39,908 nt of DNA from an uncultured Syntrophaceae bacterium (GCA_964552105.1 CAZKGS010000001.1:1-39908); one strand, 5' to 3'; shown: positions 1 to 8,636, numbered from the stretch's first letter. Notes: generated from the letters alone by a model not told the origin. Translations and numbers: made by a program.

Positions 1-96
1 ATCAGGGAAATCCGGGGTTCATACACGAATGTGGTCGGCCTTCCGCTTACGGAAGTTGTGACTGCATTAAAGAAAGTTGGCGCGCTGGTCTTTTAG
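1..96 (+). CDS. maf: 3' end of a Maf-family nucleotide pyrophosphatase / septum-formation protein gene (partial, enters from the left edge)
   Basis: Frame 1 reads IREIRGSYTNVVGLPLTEVVTALKKVGALVF then TAG at 94-96. The G-x-Y-x-x-V-x-G-L-P-L C-terminal signature is typical of Maf/YhdE. Confidence 0.6.
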   Translation: MREIRGSYTNVVGLPLTEVVTALKKVGALVF

Positions 97-192
97 ATTG
101 AGACCTTTTATATTTTTCGTTCTTTCGTGTTTTCGTGATAGGTTTTTACAAAGCATTTTGGTTGCGGCTTTGCCGCCCTGGGAGGAAAATTA

Positions 193-885
193 ATGTCAAC
201 AATAAGAGAAAACATAGAAAAAATAAGAGAAAATATTGCAGAGGCAGCCTTGAGGTCTGGTCGAAATCCCTCCGATATAAGACTGATGGCTGTAACCAAG
301 ACGGTAGATGATGACAGGATTATGGAAGCCATTGGTTGCGGCGTTGATATTATCGGTGAGAATTATGTCCAGGAGGGAAAAAGAAAGATTGAAAAGATGG
401 GGAAAACTGGCGAATGGCATATGATCGGGCATCTCCAGTCCAACAAGGCCAAATATGCCGTCAGATTGTTTGATATGATTCATTCTGTTGACAGGATGGG
501 ATTGGCACAGGAGCTGGATAAAAGATCACGCAATGCGGGCATGAAATCAAAGATATTGATTGAGATTAATGTAAGTGGCGAGGAAACCAAGAGTGGTGTT
601 CCGAAGAATAAAGCTGTTGATCTTGTTAAAGAGATTGCAAGTCTCGAAAATCTGTCGATACAGGGTCTGATGACCATGCCGCCATGGTTTGATGATCCTG
701 AAGATGCAAGACCCTACTTTGTAGCTCTCAGGGAGTTAAGAGACAGGATTGTTGAGGAAAATATTGAAAGTGTTAAGATGGTTGAACTTTCTATGGGAAT
801 GTCGGGTGATTACCAGGTAGCGGTGGAAGAGGGGGCAACTATCGTAAGAATAGGCACGTCTATCTTTGGTGAAAGAACGTACTGA
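193..885 (+). CDS. yggS: YggS-family pyridoxal-phosphate homeostasis protein
   Basis: 230-aa ORF with GGGAGGAAAA just upstream of the ATG. Motifs AVTKT, GENYVQE, HMIGHLQSNK, ELSMGMSGDY and IVRIGTSIFG are characteristic of YggS/PROSC. Confidence 0.9.
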   Translation: MSTIRENIEKIRENIAEAALRSGRNPSDIRLMAVTKTVDDDRIMEAIGCGVDIIGENYVQEGKRKIEKMGKTGEWHMIGHLQSNKAKYAVRLFDMIHSVDRMGLAQELDKRSRNAGMKSKILIEINVSGEETKSGVPKNKAVDLVKEIASLENLSIQGLMTMPPWFDDPEDARPYFVALRELRDRIVEENIESVKMVELSMGMSGDYQVAVEEGATIVRIGTSIFGERTY

Positions 886-909
886 ACATTTTGCAAAGGT
901 CTCAATCTG

Positions 910-946
910 TGAGAAGTTTTTCACAACATAAGTATGAAACTTCTCA
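910..946 (+). terminator. Possible intrinsic terminator after yggS
   Basis: 10-bp perfect inverted repeat TGAGAAGTTT (910-919) / AAACTTCTCA (937-946) with a 17-nt loop, followed by the A/T-rich TATATTATT. It lies 25 nt after the yggS stop. The long loop and AT-rich stem make it weak. Confidence 0.3.
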
Positions 947-1100
947 TATATTATTACCCCGATTATATGATAGCGATTTTTCTAACTATCCAAAAAGATA
1001 TAAAAGTATTTCCGAGAGAAATCGATCTGTAAGGATGAAATCTTTGAAATGGGAATATTGTTCCGACACACATTGGAAACGATTCTGAATCAGCACAAAT

Positions 1101-1247
1101 TTGATGCATTCGTAAAAAGTCAAAATTGTTCCCTCTCTCTCGATGGAAGAGGGTTGGGTGAGGGTGAATACAGTTCCATTTCATGCCCCTCCCCTTTATC
1201 CCCTCCCGTCAGGGGAGGGGAAAGCTGACTTTTTGCGAATGCATCAA
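1101..1247. repeat. Full copy of a palindromic MITE-like element (family A)
   Basis: Terminal inverted repeats TTGATGCATTCGTAAAAAGTCA (1101-1122) and reverse complement of TGACTTTTTGCGAATGCATCAA (1226-1247) match at 21 of 22 positions. Inside are two GC-rich hairpins (CCCTCT..AGAGGG and CCCCTCCC-GTCA-GGGGAGGGG). It matches 32254-32410 in the opposite orientation and the half copy at 6081-6135. Confidence 0.7.
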
Positions 1248-1288
1248 TCTTAAGTAAGGCAAAATAGAAAAAGTAAAAAGGAGACGTT

Positions 1289-1618
1289 ATGAAAAATATA
1301 AAATTGTTTACAGTTATCTTTTTGCTGAGCCTCTTTCTTGTTGTTGTGTCCTATCAAAGTGCTTTTGCCGGGTACAGGGCCGTCAGGCTGACAGTTCCGG
1401 CAATTGTCTCGCTCGATACGGCAAACAAGGCAGTTTTTATCCTGGAGAGCATCGATGGTGTGATAAAAGTGAGAACTAACTATAACGCCCATACCGCGGA
1501 GTTGCTTTTTGACGATGAGAAAACAAGTGTGAAAAAGATAAAAAAAACCCTCAGGAGAGAAGGTTTTCCTGTAAAAAGAAAAGTAAAGTATTTAGATATT
1601 TCTACTTTTCTGACATAA
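1289..1618 (+). CDS. Small secreted protein with a cysteine-free HMA-like (ferredoxin-fold) domain
   Basis: 109-aa ORF with AAAGGAG upstream. The hydrophobic N-terminus ends in SAFA-G. The remainder follows HMA-domain spacing (LTVP........K.....ESIDGVIKVRTNYNAHTAELLFDDEKTSVKKIKKTLRREGFPV), but the GMxCxxC site reads PAIVSLDTANK and the protein contains no Cys. Confidence 0.5.
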   Translation: MKNIKLFTVIFLLSLFLVVVSYQSAFAGYRAVRLTVPAIVSLDTANKAVFILESIDGVIKVRTNYNAHTAELLFDDEKTSVKKIKKTLRREGFPVKRKVKYLDISTFLT

Positions 1619-1620
1619 AA

Positions 1621-1760
1621 ATTGAAGCCGTTCGACAAACTCACAGTGAAGCCGTTCGAAGGGTACATCCTGAGTCCTTCGATTACACTCAGGACAGGCC
1701 AAGTCGAGGGACTCGCTGTGATGTTAGCCCGTTCGGCGAACGGGCCCTACATCCTCGATA
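1621..1760. repeat. Structured repeat-rich spacer between convergent genes (family D)
   Basis: Direct 12-mer GAAGCCGTTCGA at 1624-1635 and 1648-1659. Hairpin TCCTGAGT (1668-1675) / ACTCAGGA (1687-1694). Perfect 8-bp hairpin GCCCGTTC-GGC-GAACGGGC at 1727-1745. TACATCCT is repeated at 1664-1671 and 1748-1755. Confidence 0.45.
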
Positions 1761-1772
1761 TTGCACATAATT

Positions 1773-2726
1773 CTATTTCCCCTTATAAATAAATCTGTCG
1801 AATAACCTGTGATAAGGGGTCCAGTGTGATTCGTCATCACTTGAACCATTTATGAATTCCTGAAATGCGTTTACCTTGGCATCGAGATCGTCAATCATAT
1901 TAACAATCACAGCTTCCAGTGTCTTGGGGCGTTTGGGGGAACCGTATTCCAGAGCTCCGTGGTGACTCAACAATATATGCTTGAGTTCCAATGCCAGTTG
2001 TTCCGGAAAATCTTCTATGGAGGAAATCTTTTCGTCAACCAGTTCCACACCGATGACGATATGTCCGATCAGCCTGCCCCTGTCGGTGTAATCTGTTATT
2101 TTCATAAAGGAGAGTTCATGTATTTTTCCTATGTCATGTAGTATGCCACCGGTTATAAGAAGGTCTTTGTTTATTTGCTTGTAATGATCTGCGGCAAGAT
2201 CAAGAAGTCTCGTAACCGAAAGGGTATGTTCCAGAAGCCCCCCGATATAACAATGATGAAGCCCCTTGGCTGCCGGGGTTCTTTTGAACGCATGTGAAAA
2301 TTCCGTATCATTGAAAATGGCATTCATTAATTCCTTTAAGGGAGGAGTCTTGATCTCTTCGACAAATTTCATCAAGTCTTCAAACATCTTATCAATGTTC
2401 GATTTGGATGCAGGGGAATAGTCAGCGAGGTTAATATGGGCGTCTTCCACTTTTGCAATCTGGGCGATAGAAAGTTGAGTGACATTCCTGTAGTTTGTTG
2501 CCCGGGACCGTATCTCAATTACATCTCCCTTTTGAAAGAGCCTGTTTAGTACGGCAGCGTTCTCCCATACCCTTCCTTCTACTTCGCCCGTTTTATCTCT
2601 AAGACGAAGATTCAAATAGGGAGAGCCTTTTTGAGAAACGGCCATATTTTTTTCGGTAACAAGGAAAGTATCATTGACCTTGTTGCCGGCTTCTATATCT
2701 TTGACATAAATATTTTTAGTAATCAA
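1773..2726 (-). CDS. yhaM: YhaM-like 3'-5' exoribonuclease (N-terminal OB fold plus HD domain)
   Basis: 317 aa. OB-fold N-terminus (GDVIEIRSRATNYRNVTQLSI), HD-domain motifs HHCYIGGLLEHTLSV and GGILHDIGK, and LLSHHG. The TTG start overlaps the fdhD TGA stop (TTGA), with GGAAAGGG 7 nt upstream. Confidence 0.75.
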   Translation of the reverse strand: MITKNIYVKDIEAGNKVNDTFLVTEKNMAVSQKGSPYLNLRLRDKTGEVEGRVWENAAVLNRLFQKGDVIEIRSRATNYRNVTQLSIAQIAKVEDAHINLADYSPASKSNIDKMFEDLMKFVEEIKTPPLKELMNAIFNDTEFSHAFKRTPAAKGLHHCYIGGLLEHTLSVTRLLDLAADHYKQINKDLLITGGILHDIGKIHELSFMKITDYTDRGRLIGHIVIGVELVDEKISSIEDFPEQLALELKHILLSHHGALEYGSPKRPKTLEAVIVNMIDDLDAKVNAFQEFINGSSDDESHWTPYHRLFDRFIYKGK

Positions 2727-3499
2727 AACAGCACCCTTTCCTTATTGGAGTAAATACTCATCTTCCCATTCCTCATATATCCTATGACGGTTATTCCCGC
2801 CTCATCTGATAATGTTATGGCTCTTGAGGTGGGCACCGCGTGAGAAAGAATAATGGGTATTCCTAATTTCCAGACCTTGTATACAATTTCCGAAGAAACC
2901 CTTCCGGTTGTCGCGATAATCTTGTCGGAACAATCAATTTTATGAAAAAGAGAATATCCTCCCAGCATATCGATAGTGTTGTGCCTTCCGATGTCTTCCC
3001 GGGAAACTATTATTCGGCCCGTCGCGTCGGTGAGTGATGAGCAATGAGTTCCGTGCGTTACCCTGTGGATCTTTGTTGAATCAAGATGGCCGGCCATAAG
3101 GTTCAAAGCCCTCACAGCCGAAATATTAATATCTGATGTTATCATTTTTCTGGTTGCTTTCGGTCTGCTTTCTCTCGCACCGCTGGACAGGATATATTTT
3201 CCTTGAGACAGGATGTCCCGGTTTTTCGAGAAAACATGTACTTTGTAATCTTCATCGGACAAATAGATCTTTTCTATGTCCTTTAATGTTTCAATGACCC
3301 CTTCCGATTTGAGAAAGCCTGTTGCTAATTCCTTGAGGTGAATTCCGGCGCAGGCAATAGTTACTACATTTTGGCCATTAAAATAGATTTCTACCGGGAC
3401 TTCTCTTATTATATGATCTGTAATCCGGGAAGACTGCTTCCCATCATAAAATTGAATATCACATTCCTCTACGGGTGTTCCTGTATTTTCAGTTTCCAT
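2723..3499 (-). CDS. fdhD: FdhD-family formate dehydrogenase accessory (sulfurtransferase) protein
   Basis: EDIGRHNTIDMLGG matches the FdhD EDxGRHNAxDK signature, and THGTHCSSL aligns with the TGGxHAAAL segment. The likely start is the internal ATG at 3499 (METENTG), preceded by AGGGGAAAAAAAGGAA; the track ORF extends to 3538. The segment where E. coli FdhD carries SSCGxCG reads SSGARES. Confidence 0.8.
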   Translation of the reverse strand: METENTGTPVEECDIQFYDGKQSSRITDHIIREVPVEIYFNGQNVVTIACAGIHLKELATGFLKSEGVIETLKDIEKIYLSDEDYKVHVFSKNRDILSQGKYILSSGARESRPKATRKMITSDINISAVRALNLMAGHLDSTKIHRVTHGTHCSSLTDATGRIIVSREDIGRHNTIDMLGGYSLFHKIDCSDKIIATTGRVSSEIVYKVWKLGIPIILSHAVPTSRAITLSDEAGITVIGYMRNGKMSIYSNKERVLF

Positions 3500-5468
3500 T
3501 TCCTTTTTTTCCCCTGAGGACCCGATGGTCACCAACACGAATGGTTAATTTAGTTTTGTCAAAATATTCCATAAGTGGAATTATGTATTTTCTGGAGAGA
3601 CCGGTCATATCCCTGAAGGTTGCGGGGGTTGACTCTTTGTTCTTCAAAAGAAATTCTTTATAATCCTTTCGTAGCGTATCTATAAATTGTTTATGATAAT
3701 ACATGTCTTCATTAATCTTTATAAGGATTCCCTCATTGAACATTACATTCAGAACATTGACGGTTTCCGTTTTTCTGTCAGAAAACCTTTCCATTATTTC
3801 TTTGGTTGAGGGAGGTGTCAGCTTCGATTCAAGATATATACCTGCGATATTTTCCCGCAGATCTTCCAGTTTCCCTTTCAGATTAACACTGTGGTCCGCC
3901 CGGCGAATATTTTCCTGTTCAACAACGATATGTCCTTCATGTTCCAGGTCTCTTATGGCTTTATTAAAGAGTTTGGAATCTATAAATTTTCCGGCCCTGG
4001 TCCTGAGTTCCTCTTTGGGATGTCCTTCCCGCAATGGAAATCTTTTGTGATAGGCTTTTATTTCCTGTAATATTTTACTCTGCAGGGTCTTGTAGATTGA
4101 AAAAGATACAACCCTGAAGTCATCCCTGTCTAAAAGAAGGGCTTCTTTCCTTGAAAACATCCCTTCCATGATTTTATTTTGTTTATTTAAAGGGATTCCG
4201 GTTCTGACCGAAAGCTGCCGGGCAGATATGCCTCTGAGACGCACACGCTCTATGATGATTCTTGTTTTCTCCAGGCTATCTCCGCTCTTTAGTGTCTGTA
4301 ACTCTGTTAATCTTTGTTCAAAGTGCCTTTTGTATTTTTCTGCTATGGGATCGAGAATTTCACCACCTCCGATTGTGCTGACGGGAGAGTAGCTTCGAAT
4401 GACGAATCGATCTCCCGCTGTTGCAATTGTCGGCGATTCCAGAATGACCTGGGCATAAACTTCTTCACCCGGTTCAATCTCGTTTTTATCGAGCAGTATG
4501 ATTCTTGAAATTATTTCGCTGGTTCCTGTGTGGAAACGGACGGGAGTTCTGTTTTTTAGTTTTTTGCCGGTGCCGGGAAGATATTTTAAAGATATATCCA
4601 TTCGAACAGTAGGTTCGAAGGTGTCGGGAGGTGTGAGGATATTCCCTCTTTGTATGGTATCCTTGTCGATACCTTGCAAATTTATGGCGGTTCTTTGCCC
4701 GGCCATGGCTACCTCTGCCATTTCATTGTGTATTTGAATTCCCCTTATCTTCGCTTTTATCTGACCGGGCATTATTTGTATTGTGTCGCCTACCTTTGCT
4801 TTCCCCGACATCAAGGTTCCCGTTATTACTGTTCCAAATCCCTTCATGGTGAATACTCTATCGGCGGGGAGTCTGAAAAAGTCTGAATCAGCGCGTTTAT
4901 CAGTTACAGAGACGATTTCTTCCAGGGCTGAAATAAATTCCGGGAAACCTGCACCGGTAACGGCCGAAAGCGGGATAATGGGAGATTCCTCAAGGAATGT
5001 TCCTTTCAAAAAATTCCGGATATCTTCCCTGACAAGGTCACACCATTCTTCATCCACAAGATCGATTTTTGTGAGGGCTACAATCCCTTTTTTAATGCCG
5101 AGGAGCTGGCATATATCAAGATGCTCCCTGGTTTGCGGCATGACGCCTTCGTCGGCCGCTATTACCATGGCTACAACATCAATCCCGCCGGCGCCGGCGA
5201 CCATATTTTTTACAAACCTTTCATGACCCGGAACATCCACAATCCCGATTTTCTCGCCGTTTTTAAGTGTAAATTGGGCAAAACCGAGCTCAATGGTGAT
5301 TCCCCTTTCTTTTTCTTCCTTCAGCCTGTCTGTGTCGGTACCGGTCAGGGCTTTGATAAGAGCGGTTTTCCCATGGTCGACATGACCGGCGGTGCCAAGA
5401 ATGATGTGCTTCACAGCAATACGATTCCTTAATATAAAATTTACTGGTTTTTTGCTGGGCTTCGCCAA
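3489..5468 (-). CDS. selB: Selenocysteine-specific translation elongation factor SelB
   Basis: [40 protein letters not shown] is the classic SelB G domain, followed by DVPGHERF, a TKID G4 box and long C-terminal winged-helix repeats. The start may be the GTG at 5411 ([17 protein letters not shown] upstream) rather than the ATG at 5468. Confidence 0.9.
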   Translation of the reverse strand: MAKPSKKPVNFILRNRIAVKHIILGTAGHVDHGKTALIKALTGTDTDRLKEEKERGITIELGFAQFTLKNGEKIGIVDVPGHERFVKNMVAGAGGIDVVAMVIAADEGVMPQTREHLDICQLLGIKKGIVALTKIDLVDEEWCDLVREDIRNFLKGTFLEESPIIPLSAVTGAGFPEFISALEEIVSVTDKRADSDFFRLPADRVFTMKGFGTVITGTLMSGKAKVGDTIQIMPGQIKAKIRGIQIHNEMAEVAMAGQRTAINLQGIDKDTIQRGNILTPPDTFEPTVRMDISLKYLPGTGKKLKNRTPVRFHTGTSEIISRIILLDKNEIEPGEEVYAQVILESPTIATAGDRFVIRSYSPVSTIGGGEILDPIAEKYKRHFEQRLTELQTLKSGDSLEKTRIIIERVRLRGISARQLSVRTGIPLNKQNKIMEGMFSRKEALLLDRDDFRVVSFSIYKTLQSKILQEIKAYHKRFPLREGHPKEELRTRAGKFIDSKLFNKAIRDLEHEGHIVVEQENIRRADHSVNLKGKLEDLRENIAGIYLESKLTPPSTKEIMERFSDRKTETVNVLNVMFNEGILIKINEDMYYHKQFIDTLRKDYKEFLLKNKESTPATFRDMTGLSRKYIIPLMEYFDKTKLTIRVGDHRVLRGKKGNGN

Positions 5469-5648
5469 CCTATATTATATATTTGGAGAGATAACAAAAT
5501 CTTTAAACTAGCACAATAACAAAAAAACGTATTTTTTGTTGGGTATCGTTCCTCAATCCAATCTGCTACCACACACTACACCCTAAAATTATATTGATTA
5601 TACTAATCATGATGTGTTAGTCCTCTTTGTCTTAATAGGGGTGCTGTC

Positions 5649-6071
5649 ATGAGGATACTTGGTATCGATTATGGAAGTAAGAGAATAGGGCTTTCGGTTT
5701 GTGATGAACTGGGGTTTACGGCTCAGGGTCTTACTACCATTACGAGAAAGAATAGGAAAAAGGATATGGAAGAAATATCCAGTTTCGTAGAAAAATATAA
5801 TGTTGAAAAGATCGTAATAGGATTTCCGGTAAGACTGGATGGAACAGAAGGAATCCAGTGCGAAAAAGTCAACAGATTTGCCGGCATTCTTGAGGAGATG
5901 TTTTCAATACCTGTTATTAAGTGGGATGAAAGTCTGTCAACGAAAGAAGCGGAAAGAATCCTCATCGAAGCAAATATGAGCCGCAAGAAAAGGAAGGGAG
6001 TGGTAGATAAACTTGCTGCCACCATTATACTTCAGGGATATCTGGATTATCTCGACAGAATGAAGAAATAA
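5649..6071 (+). CDS. ruvX: RuvX/YqgF putative pre-16S rRNA nuclease (Holliday-junction-resolvase-like)
   Basis: 140 aa. MRILGIDYGSKRIGLSVCDELG and later DESLSTKEAE are typical YqgF motifs. Confidence 0.9.
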   Translation: MRILGIDYGSKRIGLSVCDELGFTAQGLTTITRKNRKKDMEEISSFVEKYNVEKIVIGFPVRLDGTEGIQCEKVNRFAGILEEMFSIPVIKWDESLSTKEAERILIEANMSRKKRKGVVDKLAATIILQGYLDYLDRMKK

Positions 6072-6080
6072 TAGTTATAT

Positions 6081-6135
6081 CCTCCTCCCCTTAATCCCCT
6101 CCCGTTAGGGAAATGGAAATTCGACTTTTTGCGAA
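6081..6135. repeat. Half copy of MITE-like family A
   Basis: CCTCCTCCCCTTAATCCCCTCCCGTTAGGG...GACTTTTTGCGAA parallels the right half of 1101-1247. The 13-mer GACTTTTTGCGAA is identical (6123-6135), and the hairpin's right arm is degraded. This copy supplies the spurious ATG at 6113. Confidence 0.55.
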
Positions 6136-6160
6136 ACCTTCAGTTATGGATATTACAAGA

Positions 6161-7168
6161 ATGAAAAAGTTTGCAATACCTGTTGTTATTACCATATGTG
6201 TAATATTTTCCACGACGTTGCTGTTTTATTTATATTATTTAAACAGCTCTGTGGATACGGGTACTGAAAAGAGGAAAGTTAATATTGAAATTGCCAGAGG
6301 TTCCAGTTTTTCTGCAGTAGCTGACGTTCTGGAGGGATCAGATCTGATAAAACATAAGAGATTGTTTTATCTTCTGGCAGTTCTAAAGGGTGCACCGAAA
6401 CACATAAAGGCTGGTGAATATGAACTCGACAGCTCTATGACACCCGGAGAAATACTCGATAAACTGTTAAAAGGAGATATCAAGGGATACAGCATACCTG
6501 TCCCGGAGGGGTTCACTGTGCGTCAGGTTGTCTCCAGTTTGTCTGACTGGAAGCTCGTGAATGAAGAAAAATTCATGAAACTTGCCATCAATAAGGAGTT
6601 TCTTTCTTCACTTAATATACCCGGCAGCAGTGTTGAAGGATATCTTTTTCCTGATACGTATAAGTTTACACGATCCATGGGGGAGAAAGAGATTATAAGA
6701 TTTATGGTAAGGAGGTTCCGGCAGAAGGTGACGCCTGAAATGATGCAGAGGGCAACGAAGCTTGGTTTTACGCTGGAGAAAATTTTGACACTTGCATCCA
6801 TTATTGAAAAAGAAGGAGGTGTTAAAGAAGAAAAACCTTCAATCGCCGCAGTATTTTATAATAGATTGAAAAAGGGAATGAAGTTGCAGAGTGACCCAAC
6901 CGTCATTTATGGTATTGAAAACTTTGATGGAAATCTTACAAGGAAACATTTAATGAAGGTAACCCGTTACAATACATATCGTATAAAAGGATTGCCCCCC
7001 GGACCAATCTGTAACCCCGGAATAGATTCGATTATTGCCGCTCTTTATCCCGCCCCCGTAAACTATCTCTTTTTCGTATCGAAAAATGATGGATCCCACC
7101 ACTTTTCAGACAACCTCGCCAGTCACAATAAAGCAGTCATAAAGTATCAAATTAAAAGAAAAAGATAG
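6161..7168 (+). CDS. mltG: MltG/YceG endolytic murein transglycosylase
   Basis: N-terminal TM segment, then YceG-like motifs (GYLFPDTYKF, LASIIEKEG, SDPTVIYG, YNTYRIKGLPPGPICNPG). The start is set at ATG 6161 (MKKFAIPVV). ATG 6146 is possible, but 6113 lies inside the repeat. Confidence 0.9.
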   Translation: MKKFAIPVVITICVIFSTTLLFYLYYLNSSVDTGTEKRKVNIEIARGSSFSAVADVLEGSDLIKHKRLFYLLAVLKGAPKHIKAGEYELDSSMTPGEILDKLLKGDIKGYSIPVPEGFTVRQVVSSLSDWKLVNEEKFMKLAINKEFLSSLNIPGSSVEGYLFPDTYKFTRSMGEKEIIRFMVRRFRQKVTPEMMQRATKLGFTLEKILTLASIIEKEGGVKEEKPSIAAVFYNRLKKGMKLQSDPTVIYGIENFDGNLTRKHLMKVTRYNTYRIKGLPPGPICNPGIDSIIAALYPAPVNYLFFVSKNDGSHHFSDNLASHNKAVIKYQIKRKR

Positions 7169-7178
7169 TAATTTTTCC

Positions 7179-7207
7179 TTGACAAAGAAAAAGGACACCT
7201 TTATAGT
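7179..7207 (+). promoter_or_regulatory. Sigma-70-type promoter of the dcw cluster (Pmra-like)
   Basis: TTGACA (7179-7184), a 17-nt spacer, then TATAGT (7202-7207), about 45 nt upstream of the mraZ start. Confidence 0.5.
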
Positions 7208-7212
7208 CACCA

Positions 7213-7240
7213 TTAAGTGGAGAAAAGTGGGTGATTGTGG
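7213..7240 (+). promoter_or_regulatory. Candidate MraZ operator: three GTGG boxes at 10-bp spacing
   Basis: TAAGTGGAGA AAAGTGGGTG ATTGTGGAGG, with GTGG at 7217-7220, 7227-7230 and 7237-7240, immediately downstream of the -10 box. This resembles the direct-repeat MraZ boxes (TGGGN or AAAGTGG type, 10-bp period) described in other bacteria. Confidence 0.45.
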
Positions 7241-7251
7241 AGGTTATTCCA

Positions 7252-7698
7252 TTGTCTGTATTCAGGGGAAGATATTACCATACCATCGATGAGAAAAGCA
7301 GGATTATTTTTCCTGCCAGACTGCGTGAAATATTCGCCGAGAAATATGACAACAGAATGGTCATAACAAACTGGGACGGCTATCTTCTTGTTTTTCCCTA
7401 TGAAGAGTGGACGGCAATAGAGGAGAAGATCTTTCAGCAGTCTATTATCCGGAGAGAAGTCAGGGCCTTTCAGCGTCTTTTCATGTCAGGCGCTGTGGAC
7501 TGCACGTTCGACCCACAGAGGAGAATCCTTATACCGCCCGCACTGAGAGAATATGCAAAACTTGAAAAAGAGATCGTCATAGCGGGGATGGGTCGGAGTA
7601 TAGAAATCTGGAACAGGGAACTTTTTGAGCATGAACTCGGTAAATCAAGTCAGGATATAGAAATCTTTAGCGATTATATGGCTGATTTAGGAATATGA
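7252..7698 (+). CDS. mraZ: Transcriptional regulator MraZ
   Basis: [23 protein letters not shown] plus a second SpoVT-AbrB-like half ([14 protein letters not shown]). The likely start is TTG at 7252 (MSVFRG) with GGAGG 8 nt upstream; the track ORF starts at GTG 7231. Confidence 0.9.
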   Translation: MSVFRGRYYHTIDEKSRIIFPARLREIFAEKYDNRMVITNWDGYLLVFPYEEWTAIEEKIFQQSIIRREVRAFQRLFMSGAVDCTFDPQRRILIPPALREYAKLEKEIVIAGMGRSIEIWNRELFEHELGKSSQDIEIFSDYMADLGI

Positions 7699-8636
7699 TG
7701 AAACCTGCCTTTCACGAACCGGTCATGCTTAAAGAGGCAGTCGATTCGCTTAATTGCAGGCCAGGCTGTATTTTTTTGGATGGAACTGTAGGAGGCGGAG
7801 GACATGCCTGTGAGATATTGAAAAGAACTGCTCCTGACGGGGTTCTTGTCGGTATCGATTTTGATGATGATGCCCTTCTTGAATCCCGGCGAAAATTAAA
7901 ACTGTTTGGCGACAGAGCCCTTCTGGTTAAAGGCAATTTCGCGGATTTGAGTACCATACTATCAAATCTTGACATCAAAAAAGTTGATGGGATCCTTTTA
8001 GATTTGGGGGTTTCCTCTTACCAGCTTAAAACGGCAGACCGGGGGTTTAGCATATTGGCGGATGCACCCCTTGATATGCGCATGAATCAAAACGGTGGTT
8101 TGAACGCTTATGATCTTGTGAACAATCTTTCGGAAAAGGAGTTAGAGAAAATCATAAGAGATTATGGTGAAGAAATAGCCGCTCGAAGGGTTGTAAGGGC
8201 AATATCGGCAAGAAGGAAGGAGGCTCCGATAGAAACAACAGGAGAACTTGCTGAAATTGTTACCGCTGCCATACCGCGGTACTTGAAAAAAAGGAAAATA
8301 CATCCTGCGACAAAAACCTTTCAAGCTATCCGGATAGCGGTGAATGATGAGCTTGCAAATCTCCATAAATCGATAAACGACGGTATGGATGTACTCAAAA
8401 AAAAAGGCAGATTTTCAGTGATTTCATTTCACTCACTTGAAGATAGAATTGTGAAAAATTTATTTCGTTCCTGGGAAAAAGGGTGTGTTTGCCCGCCTGA
8501 TTTTCCAATTTGTGTCTGTAATAGAGAGAGCAAACTGAAAGTGTTGACGAAAAAGCCGGTTATTCCCGGTGAGTCTGAAATAAATTCCAATCCGAGGGCA
8601 CGAAGTGCCAGGCTCAGGACTGCCGAGAGGATCTAA
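7695..8636 (+). CDS. rsmH: 16S rRNA (cytosine1402-N4)-methyltransferase RsmH/MraW
   Basis: [38 protein letters not shown] and [10 protein letters not shown] motifs. ATGA overlap with mraZ. Confidence 0.95.
   Translation: MMKPAFHEPVMLKEAVDSLNCRPGCIFLDGTVGGGGHACEILKRTAPDGVLVGIDFDDDALLESRRKLKLFGDRALLVKGNFADLSTILSNLDIKKVDGILLDLGVSSYQLKTADRGFSILADAPLDMRMNQNGGLNAYDLVNNLSEKELEKIIRDYGEEIAARRVVRAISARRKEAPIETTGELAEIVTAAIPRYLKKRKIHPATKTFQAIRIAVNDELANLHKSINDGMDVLKKKGRFSVISFHSLEDRIVKNLFRSWEKGCVCPPDFPICVCNRESKLKVLTKKPVIPGESEINSNPRARSARLRTAERI

Noticed and set aside
891-1184. 65-aa and 73-aa ORFs in the yggS downstream spacer
   Set aside because: They have no RBS and odd composition, and they overlap the hairpin and the family A repeat. 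They are most likely non-coding.
3703-5432. Series of plus-strand ORFs (74-147 aa) inside selB, and similar antisense ORFs inside ftsI, murF, the TonB-dependent receptor (32665-33222) and exbB/exbD (35726-36178)
   Set aside because: All are antisense to genes with strong family motifs, and they are Ser/Pro/Arg-rich as expected for reverse-frame translation.
5518-5540. Perfect inverted repeat AACAAAAAA-ACGTA-TTTTTTGTT in the selB/ruvX divergent region
   Set aside because: The stem is made only of A/T and is very unstable. It is plausibly a chance feature of homopolymer runs, with no supporting context.
6113-6160. Upstream ATG extending mltG by 16 codons; similar N-terminal extensions in the track for ftsZ (23566), murE (10963), the lipoprotein (28111), wtpC (29308), fdhD (3538) and the MBL gene (27272)
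   Set aside because: The extension starts inside the repeat half-copy. In each case an internal start with a good RBS or an ATGA/TTGA coupling gives an N-terminus that matches the family.
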